Source: an uncultured Candidatus Rokubacteria bacterium (GTDB lineage Bacteria; Methylomirabilota; Methylomirabilia; Rokubacteriales; DASRDR01). From it: a stretch of DNA of 64,000 nt. Each line of letters starts with the position of its first letter. Positions within the stretch are counted from its first letter, which is position 1. Below, piece by piece: positions 63,206 to 64,000 of the stretch. The notes under the pieces are model-generated. The model saw only the letters and a program-made list of their open reading frames with translations, did no database searches and was not told the origin of the DNA. The position numbers and the translations under genes are program-made. The stretch spans positions 640,001 to 704,000 of the forward strand of contig CAWDVE010000017.1 in the NCBI GenBank assembly GCA_963805625.1, read 5' to 3'.

Positions 63206-63359
63206 CTTGCAGGCATGGTACCGCCGGAGCCACGGGCTGTGCAGGGGACCGTGCGCAGAGAGCAGAGGTCAGGCAACTGGACCTGAGCGGCTTGACACCG
63301 CCCGCGCCGGCCGCGCACCATCGGGGTCGCGTGGGATCGGGCCGGCCTTTGTCCGCCAG

Positions 63360-63522
63360 CCCCCTTGGGGGAACGGGAGAAACGGCCGAGGCAGAACATC
63401 CTCCTGGCCTCCGGGTCACCGACCACGTCCGCGTACACTCGCGTGGCCGGACCGTCCACCCCTGCCCGTCGCACGCGCTTTGGGAGAACGAAGAGGTCAA
63501 AGCTCGATATCCCGGACTCTAG
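63360..63522 (+). pseudogene. C-terminal remnant of a LivF-type ABC ATPase
   Basis: GET..AEH..GLRVTDHVRVHSRGRTVH...LWENEEVKARYPGL resembles LivF-family C-termini. Confidence 0.55.
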
Positions 63523-63535
63523 GAGGGACGCCCCG

Positions 63536-64000
63536 ATGGACCGACGGACCTTCGTGATGAGAATGACCGGGCTCGGCGGCGTCGGCGTCGGAACTCTCTT
63601 CACACGCCGGGCCGCCACCGCGGCCGACCCGTTTCGACTCGGTTACCAGGTGAATATCTGGGGCAGCCTGTCGGTGGTCGCCCTCAAGTCGGGAGTCTTC
63701 GAGAAGCTGGGCCTGGCGGTCGAGGGGATCCAGGCGCCGGTCGGCAGGCAGACCCGCGATGCGATGGTCGCGGGACGGATCGACTTCGGGACCTTCGCCG
63801 TCCAGACCTTCATCCTCGGCGCGGAGAAGGGTGAGCTGGTCGCGGTGGCGCTCGCCGGCAACGCGGGTAAAACCGTCCACGTGCTCGTCCGACCGGACTC
63901 GCCGTACCAGAGCGTTGCCGAGCTCCGAGGGAAGAAGATCGCGACCGGCGTCGGCAGCAGCACGGACGCGGTGTTCCAGTCCCGGGTTGCCCCGAAGTTC
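63536..64000 (+). CDS. ABC transporter substrate-binding protein (SsuA/TauA/NMT1-like) with Tat signal, runs off the right edge
   Basis: MDRRTFV Tat motif; AMVAGRIDFG, DSPYQSVAELRGKKIA; AGGAGG RBS. Confidence 0.88.
   Translation, partial: MDRRTFVMRMTGLGGVGVGTLFTRRAATAADPFRLGYQVNIWGSLSVVALKSGVFEKLGLAVEGIQAPVGRQTRDAMVAGRIDFGTFAVQTFILGAEKGELVAVALAGNAGKTVHVLVRPDSPYQSVAELRGKKIATGVGSSTDAVFQSRVAPKF

Noticed and set aside
63290-63530. Riboswitch in the leader of the ABC substrate-binding gene
   Set aside because: No known aptamer consensus was recognised, and the region is better explained as a LivF remnant.

Overview
High-GC bacterial DNA. The gene repertoire resembles Candidatus Rokubacteria/Methylomirabilota, which is an inference and not proven. 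Many reading frames between about 9 and 30 kb, and a few beyond, are broken by single-base indels that look like long-read assembly errors. The left ~38 kb is a dense island of general-stress/dormancy genes: glgX, treZ, an amylo-alpha-1,6-glucosidase, a sugar nucleotidyltransferase, CsbD, BON proteins, the ElaB/YqjE/DUF3618 trio, a DksA-like protein, DUF1328, DUF3309, a metallothionein-like protein, an Fe/Mn SOD, a cardiolipin synthase and several micro-proteins. The island sits next to a HAMP histidine kinase and a sigma54 enhancer-binding response regulator. The main result of reading the intergenic DNA is 17 sigma54 (-24/-12) promoter motifs. Thirteen of them lie about 85-160 bp downstream of one of ten copies of a 32-bp palindrome, CGTCA-N3-TGTCGY-N4-RCGACA-N3-TGACG. 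This suggests a sigma54/enhancer-driven general stress regulon, where sigmaB, RpoS or PhyR-EcfG control is usual in model organisms. The right ~26 kb holds a TRAP transporter with an amidohydrolase, flanked by MetE-like genes. It also has tandem metallo-beta-lactamase-fold paralogs with an atypical metal motif, each followed by a REP/MITE-like inverted repeat, plus a putative copper/redox membrane pair, MscS, MltF, a rhomboid protease and several orphan gene remnants.
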